A stretch of 63,924 nt of DNA, the filler included, from Lama guanicoe (Eukaryota), in the NCBI GenBank assembly GCA_013239625.1. It is 177 parts of 177 records of this genome, joined end to end, with 100 filler letters (N's around TTAATTAATTAA, not from the genome) between each part and the next. Parts side by side here need not be neighbours in the genome. Positions count along the whole stretch, not along the records: positions 61,853 to 62,114 come from PNXV01050319.1; positions 62,215 to 62,476 come from PNXV01050320.1; positions 62,577 to 62,838 come from PNXV01050321.1; positions 62,939 to 63,200 come from PNXV01050322.1; positions 63,301 to 63,562 come from PNXV01050323.1; positions 63,663 to 63,924 come from PNXV01050324.1; 171 more parts are not named here. One strand, given 5' to 3'. Made by a program: the position numbers and the translations under genes. Each line of letters starts with the position of its first letter. Position 1 is the stretch's first letter. The notes below the pieces were generated by a model. The model did no database searches, was not told the origin of the DNA, and saw nothing but the letters and a program-made list of their open reading frames with translations. Shown here in pieces: positions 61,753-63,924 of this stretch.

Positions 61753-62214
61753 NNNNNNNNNNNNNNNNNNNNNNNNNNNNNNNNNNNNNNNNNNNNTTAA
61801 TTAATTAANNNNNNNNNNNNNNNNNNNNNNNNNNNNNNNNNNNNNNNNNNNNCTAGAAGTAGTAAATTTAATGAATTTGGGTAAGATCTGGTCCACTACC
61901 CACGGCAAGACTGACCCTGCAAGGAGTTGCAAGAGCAGCAAAGGGAGGAGCAAGCAGCCAGACTGGTAGCTCCAAATGAACGGAGACCTGGTCTTAAGGA
62001 GTTTTCATTCCCTGGGGAAGCCGACATGCATTTACATTTCACAGTGCAACTAATTGTGTGTAGCGTGATTTCTCAAAATGTAATACAGATACATTTCTGG
62101 GGACTTAAAAGCTANNNNNNNNNNNNNNNNNNNNNNNNNNNNNNNNNNNNNNNNNNNNTTAATTAATTAANNNNNNNNNNNNNNNNNNNNNNNNNNNNNN
62201 NNNNNNNNNNNNNN

Positions 62215-62476
62215 GCCGCCGCCGCGGCCGCCGCCTGCTCCTCCTCCTCCTCCCGCCGCCACCGCCCGGACGCGGGGCTCCTCGGGGCGCCCGGGCTGCT
62301 TTGCATGGGGCTTGTCCTGCCCCCTCCCGGCTCCCGCGCCCGGCCGCCGCCGCCCGCGCTCCCCGCGCCCGCGCCCTGCTCGCTCGCTGCGTCCCGCTCG
62401 CCTTCCCCCTGCGCCAAACTTTCTCTTTCTCTTCTTCTTCCTCCTCCTCCCGCCGCCGCCGCCGCCGCCGCCGCCG
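62215..62476. promoter_or_regulatory. CpG island / probable 5' UTR with (CCG)n tracts
   Basis: GC-rich, begins with gccgccgccg and ends in (CCG)9 (62450-62476) truncated by the contig end; (CCT)n and pyrimidine tracts inside. Confidence 0.75.
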
Positions 62477-62599
62477 NNNNNNNNNNNNNNNNNNNNNNNN
62501 NNNNNNNNNNNNNNNNNNNNTTAATTAATTAANNNNNNNNNNNNNNNNNNNNNNNNNNNNNNNNNNNNNNNNNNNNCCAGTCTTACGTGACACCCCTTA

Positions 62600-62836
<237 letters not shown>

Positions 62837-63700
62837 AGNNNNNNNNNNNNNNNNNNNNNNNNNNNNNNNNNNNNNNNNNNNNTTAATTAATTAANNNNNN
62901 NNNNNNNNNNNNNNNNNNNNNNNNNNNNNNNNNNNNNNCTGTGTTTCATGATGTTCACATATGCCACTTGAAAGAAAATCAATGACCCCAAAATATGGAT
63001 TACAGAATATATATGTGTATATTCATATGTGTATATGTATGAAATACATAAATGAACTTACACTATTTTCCATCATCTTTACCTTTAAAATAACTAGGAA
63101 ACATGCTTTCTTGTGCAAAATAATATTACCAAGGAAGTAATGTCACTTCAGGGACCCTGTGCTGGTGAGCTGAGTAAGTCTCGGTGTGGGCCTGGAACTA
63201 NNNNNNNNNNNNNNNNNNNNNNNNNNNNNNNNNNNNNNNNNNNNTTAATTAATTAANNNNNNNNNNNNNNNNNNNNNNNNNNNNNNNNNNNNNNNNNNNN
63301 AGCCTGTTTTCTGGAAGACCTAGGCCTGCTTAACAAAAAACAGACTCCAAGCTCATCTGATGTACCTCAGCATTGCTTCTGAGAGCCACTTTAGAAGCAA
63401 AATTGCTCGCAGTATTGTTCAGACAGTTCGAATGGCATTTCTACTGTCTAAATTCCTTCCAACCTCTGCAGGAGACACTTTTTCTCTCTTTCTTTTTTTT
63501 TAGGTGACTATCGTATCTCTGAATAATCCTTCAGTCATCCTAAGAACTTCCTGATCAACCATNNNNNNNNNNNNNNNNNNNNNNNNNNNNNNNNNNNNNN
63601 NNNNNNTTAATTAATTAANNNNNNNNNNNNNNNNNNNNNNNNNNNNNNNNNNNNNNNNNNNNAACATCTATTTCCATATCTATCCATGTATCTAAGTCTT

Positions 63701-63756
63701 TTTTTCTTAGTTGAAGTGTAGTCAGTTTGCAGTGTTGTGTTAACTTCTGGTGTACC
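63701..63756 (-). mobile_element. Very short 5'-truncated L1 insertion with TSD
   Basis: L1 tail ttgaagtgtagtcagtttgcagtgttgtgttaacttctggtgtac flanked by tgtatctaagtctt (63687-63700) and tgtatctaatctt (63757-63769). Confidence 0.72.
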
Positions 63757-63924
63757 TGTATCTAATCTTAAAATGACTTCCGAATTGCTTTAATTACTGT
63801 CTCTCTGTCTTTTCTTTAATGTGTGCATTAGTGATCCTTCATTACTCTGCTTTTTCAAAAATTGTTTTCACAGTTCTTGTCTTTTTACTTTTTCAGATTG
63901 TATGTATATATATACACACACACA

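Noticed and set aside
63480..63562. Terminal exon after a strong acceptor (GDYRISE* or VTIVSLNNPSVILRTS*)
   Set aside because: An acceptor alone is insufficient and neither peptide is recognised.

Overview
This window is not contiguous DNA. It is an assembly bin of 177 unrelated short contigs (46 of 261 bp, then 131 of 262 bp with four 261-bp exceptions) joined by 176 identical 100-bp artificial linkers (44 N + TTAATTAATTAA + 44 N). The contigs are mammalian, most likely camelid, based on three Vic-1-like tRNA-derived SINE copies. Most recognisable content is repeat: L1, L2, MLT2/ERVL, ERV1-type LTRs, Tigger1, Charlie/hAT, a ~245-bp satellite family seen twice, a ~19-bp minisatellite family seen twice, and simple repeats. 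Gene-derived pieces recognised from protein sequence are an intact 87-codon HSPA8 (HSC70) fragment, a complete 69-bp DCTN1 exon with splice sites, an ADGRB1 (BAI1) exon end with a divergent tail, a NUDT4 processed pseudogene, and a polyadenylated mRNA 3' end retroposed into an L1. I find no support for a new biological system: the array-like periodicity is an assembly artefact, and neighbouring contigs carry no linkage information. Gene and repeat names are from recalled sequences, not database searches.
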